Positions 33,711 to 44,070 of a stretch of DNA of 64,000 bases are shown here, piece by piece; the stretch's first letter is position 1, and the number at the start of each line of letters is the position of its first letter. The translations under genes and the position numbers were made by a program. The notes under the pieces were generated by a model, which worked only from the letters and a program-made list of their open reading frames with translations, did not search any database and was not told the origin of the DNA. This DNA comes from Lepidodermella squamata (taxonomy: Eukaryota; Animalia; Gastrotricha): the NCBI GenBank assembly GCA_047495785.1, contig JBLDXI010000020.1, forward strand, positions 1,054,001-1,118,000, written 5' to 3'.

Positions 33711-36700
33711 TCATTTCAAATAATAGAAGAAGGACCACCTTAAATAGAAATCTTTTGTAAAAATAGACTAAAAATGAGGCAAACTTTACCAGTAGACGAC
33801 GCTGAATAAAGTGAATGACAGTGGAAAGACAAGTCGGCTGAAAACGTCGACGCTCGCCGCCGATATGTACGTGAGCAGGCTATGCAGCGTGTTGAAGCGC
33901 CGGCAGCAGCGGCACCACGAAAACGGCGGCCTAATTCCAGCCTAAAAATAAATAGAAAAAAACCGTAAAATTCCAGGAAAAAAATTAGTACACAAATTGT
34001 GAGTTTCTACTGCCCGAGAGAGATTCGAAAAAATCATTCAATTGCTCGCGTTTTTACTAGTACCAAAGCATTTGAACCCACGACATCGAATCGTTTTAAT
34101 ATTTCGGGTGTGCTTTCTAAAAAAGCGAAAACTATGTAACGAAGCAAAGAAAAATTTCCGTAAAATCACTCGGCTATTCAACGAAATATTGAAGCCAGCA
34201 TTAAATATTCGGGTTAAATAGCTCACCCTTAAATAAGCCTGTGAAATTGAAGTAATTATCATCAATTTTTTCACAAAATTCGTGTCGCCTGTAAATAGGT
34301 AATATTTTAGTGGACTCAATTAATTACCTCTTTATAGGTATCGGGTAGACATTGCCAGTACTCGCCGACTTCTTTATCGTGTGATGCGCATTCGCGTTCG
34401 ATGCAGAACAAAAAGTGAACCATAGCGTACTCGATAAGGGAGAGCGCGGCGAATACAAGGCAGGCGAATGACCAAATGTCCCACGCTTTGATGTAGCCGA
34501 CGGGTGGCAAATTGCCCGCCGCTGTTTCTTTGATGTTAGTCAGCGTTAGCACGGTGAGCAGGCCGAGTTGCACGCGCGCCTGCGTCGCGTCCGGGTGGAA
34601 CCAGAAGCTGATCCACGACAGGATAACCATGAGACCGCTCGGAATGTACAGGCGAATAACGTACAGCTTGAGCTTTCGCTCTAGTAACATTTCGAGCTTC
34701 AAACACGGGTAAAGACCGGTCAGATACTGCTGTTCGCATTTTCCGAAAGTCAATCCTATAAACAAAATCAAATTTTTCAAAAAAATGGGTCAATGGTGCG
34801 ATTTTTTATCGACTTATTCACAAAGTTTTGAATGACCTAGAGCTATTCAATGATATGAATAGATTGCGCCAAGGTCTCTTAGCTACGTACATATATACTG
34901 AGGTGTTATTAGTAAATTTTCTAGAAAATGTACACTTTTTCAGCCAAAGTATGATTATACAAATTTATCGCTGTTAGGAAGCCTTAAAATGGAGCGATAT
35001 CAGCGAAATATTATCCTTAATGAGAAAATACTACGGAAGTATCTCGTCCTATCGCCAACAGTCATCAAAGTGATGGAGATGGACCGACTTTTCCCAGAGA
35101 GTTTCGTCGCAAGGCTCAAGGCAATTCATTTTTTCCCTAATTTTTTCAAAAATTAATTGTCAATTTTTTACAGAATTTGAGGCCGATCGATCAAAATGCA
35201 TTCATGATCGATTTCGTCGTAAATTTTCCCGGGGTAGAAGCGTATGAGAACTTCATTTTCCTGCTTCGAAAAACGTCCCAGTCATGGTTGAGTGAAATCA
35301 TCGAATCCGGGAAAGCAGTCGATAATTTCATGCATTTCCGACCCGATGAAGCAATGGCGCCTGGTTCTTACCAATTACAGCCGTATCAAAACAGCACAAC
35401 CGGGTTCGACCCATTATTTCAGCAAATTTCCGGCGATGTCGGCGGCATGTATGAATTTCTAAGCGGCGCGAATCAAGGCTACGGCGCTGATAATTTGACA
35501 GCTCTAGTCCCAGCAGGCGGCTCTGACGGGTCGTTGATGACCCGCGGGGTTGTCGATTTAGTCCGCGAGTGCCGCCAGCGGCAAATCAACGCCGAGCAGA
35601 GGCTGGCCCACTTACAACGCGAGCAAATGGCGCTGAAGCATCGCATCGCGGAAAATCAACGCGAGCAAGCGGCGGTTCAAGCCGCGAAGGCCTCCTTAGC
35701 CCAACTAGCGACAAGTGCGGATCGCGTGACGAAACAAGCCCGGCAAACTGAGATAGCCACCTCAATTGCCGGGGCTGCTTTACCACCCGCTGCCCTACCG
35801 CTGCCGATACCTAGGGCCCCGTCGCGGGTGCCACCTGCCCTCCCCTCGCCGCACGCAGCGCACTACCGAAGCGTGCCGACTCGTCTGGGAATTTTGCGTG
35901 AAACTGGGTCGAAATTTCACCACTCTAATTTACCGATGCCGATGACAAGTAAGCTAACTTTAGACGAATTAGCCCGCATCGGGTGATGCTGTGTTGTGGT
36001 GTAGATTTTTAGTGCGCATACCTTTCATTTTGTACTGCTGGACCTCGCTGCCGTCACCGCTATCCATCCACTGTTTGGTCCATCGTGACTGAGCGGCAGC
36101 CCATGCAAATGTCATCATCTCGTTTGTGTGACCGACTGCGAGTTTTTATAGTAATTAAACACGCGAAAATTTACAATAAAAAATGACTTACAGCTTTCCA
36201 ACAAGACCGGGCAGTTTTGAGTGTCAAATCTTGAAAAACACATTTTTAAGGTGAATTAAATTAAAAAATCCGATAAATTACGGGTATTTCCACAGGTTCA
36301 TTTGGCAAGAGAATGAAGCAGTCAATTTCATGTCGTACCTTTAGTTTAAAAAAATTGAAATTTTTTTGAAAACCTTCAAGTCAAAACTTACACAACCGTG
36401 CCGTTTCGAGACACTGTCATGACACGATTGGGCCTGGTAATATCATGGAACGAGGCGGCTTTTTCATTCCGAAAAAAGACGTCCGGCGTCCACATTCTGT
36501 CCCAAGTTCCGTCCTCGAGACGGAATTCAGGTGGACCTTTTTGCCTAGCGAAAATTTTCGCTATCCTCCCATCGACCCAAGTTTGACGCAGGAAAAACGA
36601 CATTGAAATTTCCTGTGTAGAAATTAATTCAGGTAAATTGCATTTTTATTAGGAATTCTAACCATTGTAGCTTCATTTATTGCTTGGATGCGTTCGATCT

Positions 36701-37151
36701 CGAAGAAAAGATCCACATTGGTCGCGTGGCCCATTTCAATGGCTGGCGGATCTTTGAGACTGACATTTTTGTACAGATAATTTGAAAACTCGTCGTAGTA
36801 ATCGGCAAAGTCTTTAGCCTGGCGGATGCTGGGGGCCGACGCGCCGCCGCCACCGCCCGCCGCTTTCGTCGGGCGGCTGGCCGGCTTCGACGCCCCGCCG
36901 GCCGCAGCAGACACGCCGCCAGGGTCGTGGCCGATGAGCGCGGTGATGATGAGCGAAACGAGGGACAAGACCGGGAAAACAGGGGGCTGGCGGAAGCGCC
37001 GCCACGACAGCCCCGACGCAGGCGCCGTGCGGCGGGGCGGCGTAGCTGCTGGTTTCGGCCGAATTTCCGCGACGACAGCAATGCCGCTGCTCAACTCGGG
37101 CGGCAGGCTGCTGCGACGGCGGCGGTGTTTCGGTGACACTTGATCGAGCAT
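33711..37151 (-). CDS. Cys-loop ligand-gated ion channel subunit, glycine receptor/GluCl-like, 8 coding exons, ~508 aa
   Basis: Exons 37151-36663, 36612-36392, 36338-36282, 36229-36192, 36135-36022, 34755-34328, 33941-33790, 33738-33711 splice in phase with GT-AG. Motifs: FLRQTW, WTPDVFFRNEK, Cys-loop CQMNLWKYPFDTQNC, LESFG, second disulfide CEQQYLTGLYPC, M1 LYIPS..VILSWISFW, LPPVGYIKAWDIW, M4 VDVFSRLVFP. Confidence 0.92.
34989..35986 (+). CDS. Nested antisense gene: CARD-like death-fold domain + coiled coil + Pro-rich tail (~314 aa), with GC-AG intron 35121-35173
   Basis: Exon 1 MERYQRNIILNEKILRKYL...FVARLK (44 codons) joins in phase 0 to NLRPIDQNAFMIDFVVNFPGVEAYENFIFLLRKTSQSWLSEII, resembling the CARD C-terminal G..AF..F...LR...Q..L pattern. 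The gene lies within channel intron 36021-34756. Confidence 0.7.
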
Positions 37152-40100
37152 AATTTTCCAGCCGCAAACGGCTCACATATTAACATCTAAAAAATCGTTT
37201 AAAATATTCAAATTAAAAATTGTTGAGAAAATGAAAATAATTCCAAACTTCGCATATTGTTAGGAAATATGTTGCCTCCTGAGAATGGGGCAAAAAAGCA
37301 TTGGAAAATGTAGGAATAATGAAGATAAAAATAGGCTCTTTGCCTTCTAAACGATGCCCAAGAAAATGTATATGATAATTAAATGAAGTTTTTATTATAG
37401 AAAATCTAATTTTTTTCACTCGAGTGGACGTGATTGCAATATGATATTACATTGAAAATGAATATAAATCTTCGGCCGGGCGGCAGGGCATCAAGGCAAA
37501 CACGGCAAGACGTGCATTAAAAACAGGCTCAATTAGGCTAATGAGCGGGCGGGCTCACGTTTCTGAAATGAATGATGAGCTTAGCTCTGCTTGTATTATT
37601 ATTATTATTATTTTGCAACAACAATAAAAAGCGCAAAATTTCGCGGCAGCAGCAGCAGCCGACAAGGACGACGCGGCGTGAGCGCGGCGAAATCGATTCA
37701 CGCACGGTATATAGTAGTCGTGTAAAATTCGGCCAGAAAATACAAGCAAAAGCACGGAGGAAAGGAGCGAGCAAGATGGACGGCGATGATGTGAAATAAT
37801 ACGCCATAAGTAAATCGAAATAGAAATATAATGGCCAACAACGACGACGTGTGCGGCATTATTTTAGCCGCCTCGAGGTGTGGCTGCGCGGAGCAAAAAA
37901 GAACAAAACGAGTTGTCATCGCCAGGCAATCGAATTCCTCGTTTATTATCACAGCCATATTATTATTATTGACAGACTCGTCGTATCATGAGAAATCTCG
38001 CCACTGTACTCGATATATCCAATTCATCAAAAGCATCGATGCGAGAGCTGTATAAGAATATAAAAAAACGCGATCGAGTGCGGAAATTCGTGCGATATAA
38101 AAAAAGCTAAAATATCATGTGCGCCCACCTGATCGGAAAATTTTCGCCACAGGTATGTTATCAAAACATGGCCTTATAAATGCATAATGACGACGGTCAC
38201 AAAGCGAAAAATCACGGCTGCTGCTGCTGTTATTGAAAACAACAATCGGGTTTAAAATGGTCGTGGACGATAATAATAAAACGAAAATAAATAATTTTCG
38301 AATGGTACGCGCGCTTTAATCGTGATTAAACTTTGTAGCGCATCACATTGAAAAATCGTAGGGATATAGATAGATAAACACGCTCTTTAGACACGCGCAA
38401 AGCATTATATACGTATAGGCCTAAAATTCAGAGGCAGCGGTTGAATTATTATTATTATTATAATGGCGGAAAGCGGTGATAATAATAATAATAACATGAT
38501 AAGGCCGAAGCAAAAACCAAGCTGTTTGATTGTGCAGTGATATGGTGGTTTTTCGATTGTAATATTGACCGAATGCCTGCTAGCCGGCGACGACGGCGAG
38601 GACTATATGGCGGCAGGCGGGCAGGCACGGCGATGATGATGATAATGTAAAACACAAAAAATCACATTATTTCAACAACTAAGTTGCAGAGAATACGGCA
38701 CAATTGCCTTGCTATAGCTGCTGAGTTTTCGCGTTGTCTATCATCGATGGCGGTCGATGATGTGCGCCTGTTGGCGGGACGAGCGAGCGCACTAGGCAAA
38801 TGGCAAACATGGCGAAGCCTATTACATATTATATATGAAAAGCGCATTTCAGTACGCGCGCCCAAATCTAGGCTCGCAGCGAGACAGATTGAGCGGAAAA
38901 AATGATGCCGGATGACCACTAAATCGCGTTTGTATAATTGATAAGCTTTTTCTCGCTGATTATTGATTTCGAGAGTAAAAAAAATGCTGGAAAATCGTGC
39001 GCTAACTAAATTTCAGAAATGCATTTTTAAAACAAGATGTTGTGATTTGATCATACGCTTTTTTGAACTCGTTTCTTGTACCTAAAGCGGTATCGATTTC
39101 GTATTGCGGATAGGTTTATAAATAGCATGAAGTTATCATCGCGATGAAAGATGAGCTGGGCTCAAAAAAATTTAAGGTAGATTGTCAAGACTTTAATCGT
39201 CTCTCTGACCTAGAACTAATAAAGTAGGTGAGTGCATTATAGAATCGTTGGTGAATTTCCGCCTAGGGTTATGATCGATTGTAATAACACTGGTCATGTT
39301 TTTCGAAGCCGTTTTGTGCCACGCGAGTGAAATACGAATTACCGATGCTTGCCATAAATGCGGAATTGATGAATTCATCAGAAAAATATTGCGCAGTTAT
39401 CACTTACTTATTGCCAATAAATTTCTTAGAGTAATAAACTCAAAGCAGGATCCGCTCAATTGATGAGCATCTCATAAAACATATTGCGTGATTTCGGTGT
39501 CAATCAACTCACTGTAATGAAGAGAAATAAATGTTTTATAACGATCGCAATCATTGCTTTTTCAGGTGAAATGAGATCCGAAATATGAGGTTCATCTCGC
39601 GAGAGGAGTTGCTTTGGTTTTTCGGCAAGAATAATACACCTCGTTTTACGAGTTTCTTCCTGCTCTCTCTCGAATCGAGACTAGGCGCGGATGGACACAC
39701 GCGAATGAGCAATCAAATTATTATGACCTAATGCGCGGGCCATTCTTTCCCCGCGCGCGTTAAAGCGCACGGCTCGTGGCACCGGCCGCGCTAATCGTTT
39801 TATTTTGCTATTATTTATTTGTTTAATACATAATCAGCATCGCCAGTTCGCCGTGATATATATCTTATTTTCTTCTGCGGTGTGCGAATTCCCATTACCA
39901 TTAATTTCACAATTATTTTCCCCGATCACGGATACGGCCTCGCAGGAATCGTCGGCCCGAGAACGCTGACCAACGAATGCGGGCGTCGGAGCGTTTTTTT
40001 TATCAGGTTTAAATAATGCCTCAGGCGTGTCTGATGTCTGGCCCGGAAAAAATAAAAAATAAATCCTAATGTTATAGTTCGCCTTTCAGACCTAGAAACT

Positions 40101-40609
40101 CAACCAAGCCGAATTAATCATAGATTTCCTTCATTTTTATAACGGTGTTTTTCACGCCAGTGAAATCAATGTTTTTACCTGCGATAAACTTCACTGCGAG
40201 GGAGCAGGAAGCGTGCGGACAGGCGGCAAATCATTTCAACCAATAGGACACGAATGAGACCAATAGGACACAATCGATACGGCGTAGTTTCCGCTGATGC
40301 CGATAACCTTCTTTGAATTTATCCGCCTGAGAGTTCGCCGAACAACAGACTTCCGGCATCCTCTAAAGGCGCAAATCTTTGACAACGATGAGATTAATAA
40401 AAACAAACCCCATGAAACGAACCACCTACTTAATGGTATTGAGAGTTCCTTTAACACAACCATCATCCCCGATCCTCTTGGGAGACTCCCTCTGCGATAT
40501 TAATGAGGTGGAAAAGTCCGAAAATTCAATTATATATCATTTAATCTAATAATTATTCATTGAACTTTAGAATTTTGAGGTTATTTTCTTAGCCAAATTT
40601 TCGTTCGCG

Positions 40610-41026
40610 ATGCAATTTGTTGCGCTATTCCTTATGCTGGTCGTACCTTCAATATTGGCATTAATTGACGCCAAATCATCATCATCATCATCATCGCCGT
40701 CTTCGGTAGCTAAAAGCAAATGCGGACGCGATCCTACAAAACTGTTAGAAGCAATGGTTTTAAAATACAAAAAAATTGAGAGTAAGTTTTCAATCACCAA
40801 GGGATCACCGAGCCCTAATACTGCGTATTTGTTTTATATTATTTCAGAAACAACCGACATGTTGCCGATTGTTATCGGCCTCGAGAAGAAAATGCCTGGT
40901 TTTATCAATATGTTCGTGGCCCGGCATGCCGCCTACACGGAGTGCATGCAAAAATCTCGACTCGTCACTCGCAACAGCAAACTGGCGATAAAATTAATGA
41001 ACTCATTAGTGAATCACAAGTTTTAG
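40610..41026 (+). CDS. Small putative secreted protein of unknown function; probable 66-nt in-frame intron 40782-40847
   Basis: Signal peptide MQFVALFLMLVVPSILA, Ser run, two Cys; GTAAGT...TTTCAG intron. 3' end uncertain. Confidence 0.55.
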   Translation: MQFVALFLMLVVPSILALIDAKSSSSSSSPSSVAKSKCGRDPTKLLEAMVLKYKKIESKFSITKGSPSPNTAYLFYIISETTDMLPIVIGLEKKMPGFINMFVARHAAYTECMQKSRLVTRNSKLAIKLMNSLVNHKF

Positions 41027-41817
41027 GCGTATTTAAATTTAAATTATAGGTGAATAAAAAATAATAATTTCAGGCATCTCTAATAAGTGAAAAGTGGGGT
41101 TTGGCGAATTTTCTGACATCGTGAGATTTTGATACCGCTTTCAATATCATTGAACAAGGAGTCAAGCGATATGAAAAAGAGGTTGATAGTCATCAGGATT
41201 GATGAGAAAACGGGCTTCAAGATTATTTACAGGTGGGAATTTTTATTTCGAAAAATGCACCTTAAAAAAAAACTAGTTTTTTATTGCATCAATTAATTTA
41301 TTCGTCGCGCAATAAATTTCTAATTTTTTTATGCGCATTCCGGATTCGTTGAGGGTAATCTGAGGTGAGGAATCACGCTATATGTTCAAGCATTTTGATG
41401 GAACCAAGCTAGTGCTTCCACGTCAACCTGAATCGATAAGCCTTTTCGGCTACACTTTGGGGTCTTTAAGGTGGTTGGGAGCTTCTAACAGGTCTGAATT
41501 CCGAAAATTCAAAATCCTCAAAAAGAACTGCGTAAGGACATCTAGGAATCCAAGAATCGTCCCACCTCAATATTCGACACAGTTCATGCCATTTGCTGGA
41601 AAATACGCCAAACCCTACTTTTCACTTGGTAACAGTCATATAGTGGGAAAAGAGTTCAAATTAGGAGAGTATAATATGCCCTGGAATAAAGCGGAAGCTA
41701 TATCCTATTTCCTAATTACCTATGCGCACCGACGCGGAACAAACACCGCCGACGCCTGGTGAAATTTTGGCGTGCAAACTTTACCATACCATATATCAGT
41801 ACTCTCTAAATTTTGAC

Positions 41818-43124
41818 ATGATCGCTAGTGTTGTCTTAGCAGCTTTCACTCTACTAGTCATCGCCCACAACGAACTGTGCAATTACGCTGGGGTTCTGTC
41901 GTCAAGCGACGCCAATGAAGCGGAACCATGTCCATTATCTGACTGGATGGCTTGCCTAAATGAGACGATAAAAAATCGGCCTCTGAACTGGATTGCCATG
42001 CCAGGCTCCCACGACTCGTTCGCCTACTCGTTCCTGCCGTACAAATCGAGGCCGCGAAATAGCAATATATCGCAGCATCACATTTTTGCCCCAGATATGG
42101 ACAGTGAGCAGATAAATATGTTGGAGCTATTCTCGTCGTTCAACAGCCCGAGTTATGTACGAGATGTGATTGCTAATTGGTCTCTCACTCAACACCTTAA
42201 TTTTACTCAGTAAAAATTAAAAAATAATCGAATGAGAAAAATCAAAATTTTTAAAACAGGCAATTGGAGGCTGGTATTCGGTACTTTGACATCAGAGTTG
42301 GGTATAACGAGGCGACCCGTCAGTTACATTTCCTTCACGGGCTGTGGTGCGAGCCAGTTTTTCCAGCTCTGGATAGTCTCAGCTACGATTTTTTGCCGAA
42401 TCACCCCGGGGAAGTCATTCTTCTTGATTTCAATCATTTCTACGACATGGCGATCGAACACCACTTCCACCTGGCGAAATACCTGTTGGATACATTCGGT
42501 TCTAGGCTAGTCCCTAGGAGGCAATGGATTTCAGCTGGGAATGTCACTATCCACGGGCTTACAAACCGAGGCCAACAGGTCATAGTTTTCTACCACGATT
42601 TATGGCTAGTTCAACACATTGTGAAAGGCACTTTCTGGTCCGGATCGACCATCCCAAGCCGATGGCCCCAAACCACAGATATCGGACGGATGTTCGACGT
42701 GTTGGACGAAGTGGTTAAAACTCATGAGAAGGACAAAGAAAATAACAAAAGAACGACTTTTATCGTTTACCAAGCAATCCTAACGCCTGATGCTGGGACA
42801 ATTATCTTTAATTTAGGCGACTCTACGGCATCTTTGCGGACAGTTCTAGCCGAGGAGGCGACTAATCAATTCGTGACTAATTGGCTGCCGAGAATTTTGA
42901 ACCACCACGCGACTAATTCAACCCTGCCAACCCCGCAACGCAAGGCGAAAACTGGTAAAAAGAAGCCGGGTAAACAGCGGCAGGTTGTACTCGAGAGCAA
43001 CGCCTCTCAATCGAATTCTTCAGAGTCACATTTCTACCTGGGCACTTTCAACATTTTCATAGCAGATTTCGTCGAAGTCGCTAATTTCAGCCGATCTATT
43101 ATTGATATGAACAACAAGTTTTAG
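41818..43124 (+). CDS. Second PLCXD-like protein with N-terminal signal/anchor; intron 42210-42259
   Basis: MIASVVLAAFTLLVIA leader, IAMPGSHDS, WSLTQ.L....QLEAGIRYFDIRV, HFLHGL, EVILLDFNH, IFIADFV. Confidence 0.9.
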
Positions 43125-43194
43125 TACATTCCTTGCAGCAAATTTTATTGGTGATGAAAGCCAATTATTTAATAATAAAGAAAGAACTGCTGTG

Positions 43195-43707
43195 TCACAA
43201 ATCATCGCGTTGATTATTACCCGGCTCTTCATCGCCGCTCATGGCCCAGTTCGTTTTCGCCAGCTCTTTGTCGTAGTCTTTAATCGCCTGAGTGAACTTT
43301 TTCCGTTGCTGATCGTTCAACTGTTTGCCGTAGATGTCGATGATCTGCTGGCAGACGTGCCGCGCCTCCGCTAGACTCCGCATTTTGAAGGCTGTTAATT
43401 GAATGTGGTCCAAAATTGTGACAACGTCCAGCGTGTGCGGCATTTCGTATTCTTCAGTTAGGTTGTAGGCCCGCCAGGCCTCGACAAACATTTCGTAGGC
43501 ATCGCGGTACTGGCCGAAGCGGAATAGACCGTAGGCCTGCTCGAACACGGTCTTCTCGCGGCCTCCGAATAGCGAGCTGTTAATAAATCGGCCGAGTTTG
43601 TCGAAAATTCCGAAAAATTGCCCATCAACGCGGTAAACTCCGAACGCAGCAACTAGCAGCAGTAAATACGAACCTGCTGCGAAGTTGTTGTCTGAGAATA
43701 ATCGCAT
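43195..43707 (-). CDS. Secretory-pathway TPR protein resembling the peptide-substrate-binding domain of prolyl 4-hydroxylase alpha; C-terminal RDDL
   Basis: Signal peptide; AY.LFRFGQY.DA..MF.EAW and VVTILDHIQLTAFKM.SL.EA....QII resemble the P4HA TPR helices (VLDYLSYAVYQQGDL.KA). No catalytic domain. Confidence 0.6.
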   Translation of the reverse strand: MRLFSDNNFAAGSYLLLLVAAFGVYRVDGQFFGIFDKLGRFINSSLFGGREKTVFEQAYGLFRFGQYRDAYEMFVEAWRAYNLTEEYEMPHTLDVVTILDHIQLTAFKMRSLAEARHVCQQIIDIYGKQLNDQQRKKFTQAIKDYDKELAKTNWAMSGDEEPGNNQRDDL

Positions 43708-44070
43708 ATTATAAGCGAGAAATATATGAGGTATGAAAGTACATGCGGCGAGATATGGATGAAAGGCAGCTGAATAAAGTTGTACACGAGTGGATTACGC
43801 TGTTGTGTATTGCTGCAAATGACGCGTTATATAATGTATGTTGTGTGCGTGGTGAATGCGTATGGAAAAAGGGCCACATTTTGTAAACAATGCGATGCTT
43901 TGTCAACCAGCAGAATAGGCACAAAGACAAAGGCTTCCTAAATTTGAATAGAGACATCGAACAAGCAAAATCATGTTTTTAAGGCAGCTTTATTTTCAAG
44001 GAGGCTTTCCTATATTTCCTAACTATCACCGATGTTATGTAAGAGGTCTTGGAGGGTGGTCATAACTTTC

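Noticed and set aside
37200-40500. Multiple short ORFs upstream of the channel
   Set aside because: Low-complexity microsatellite-derived peptides with no domain signal; most likely regulatory or intronic DNA.
41382-41762. 126-aa ORF upstream of the second PLCXD
   Set aside because: No recognisable domain; not needed for the PLCXD model.
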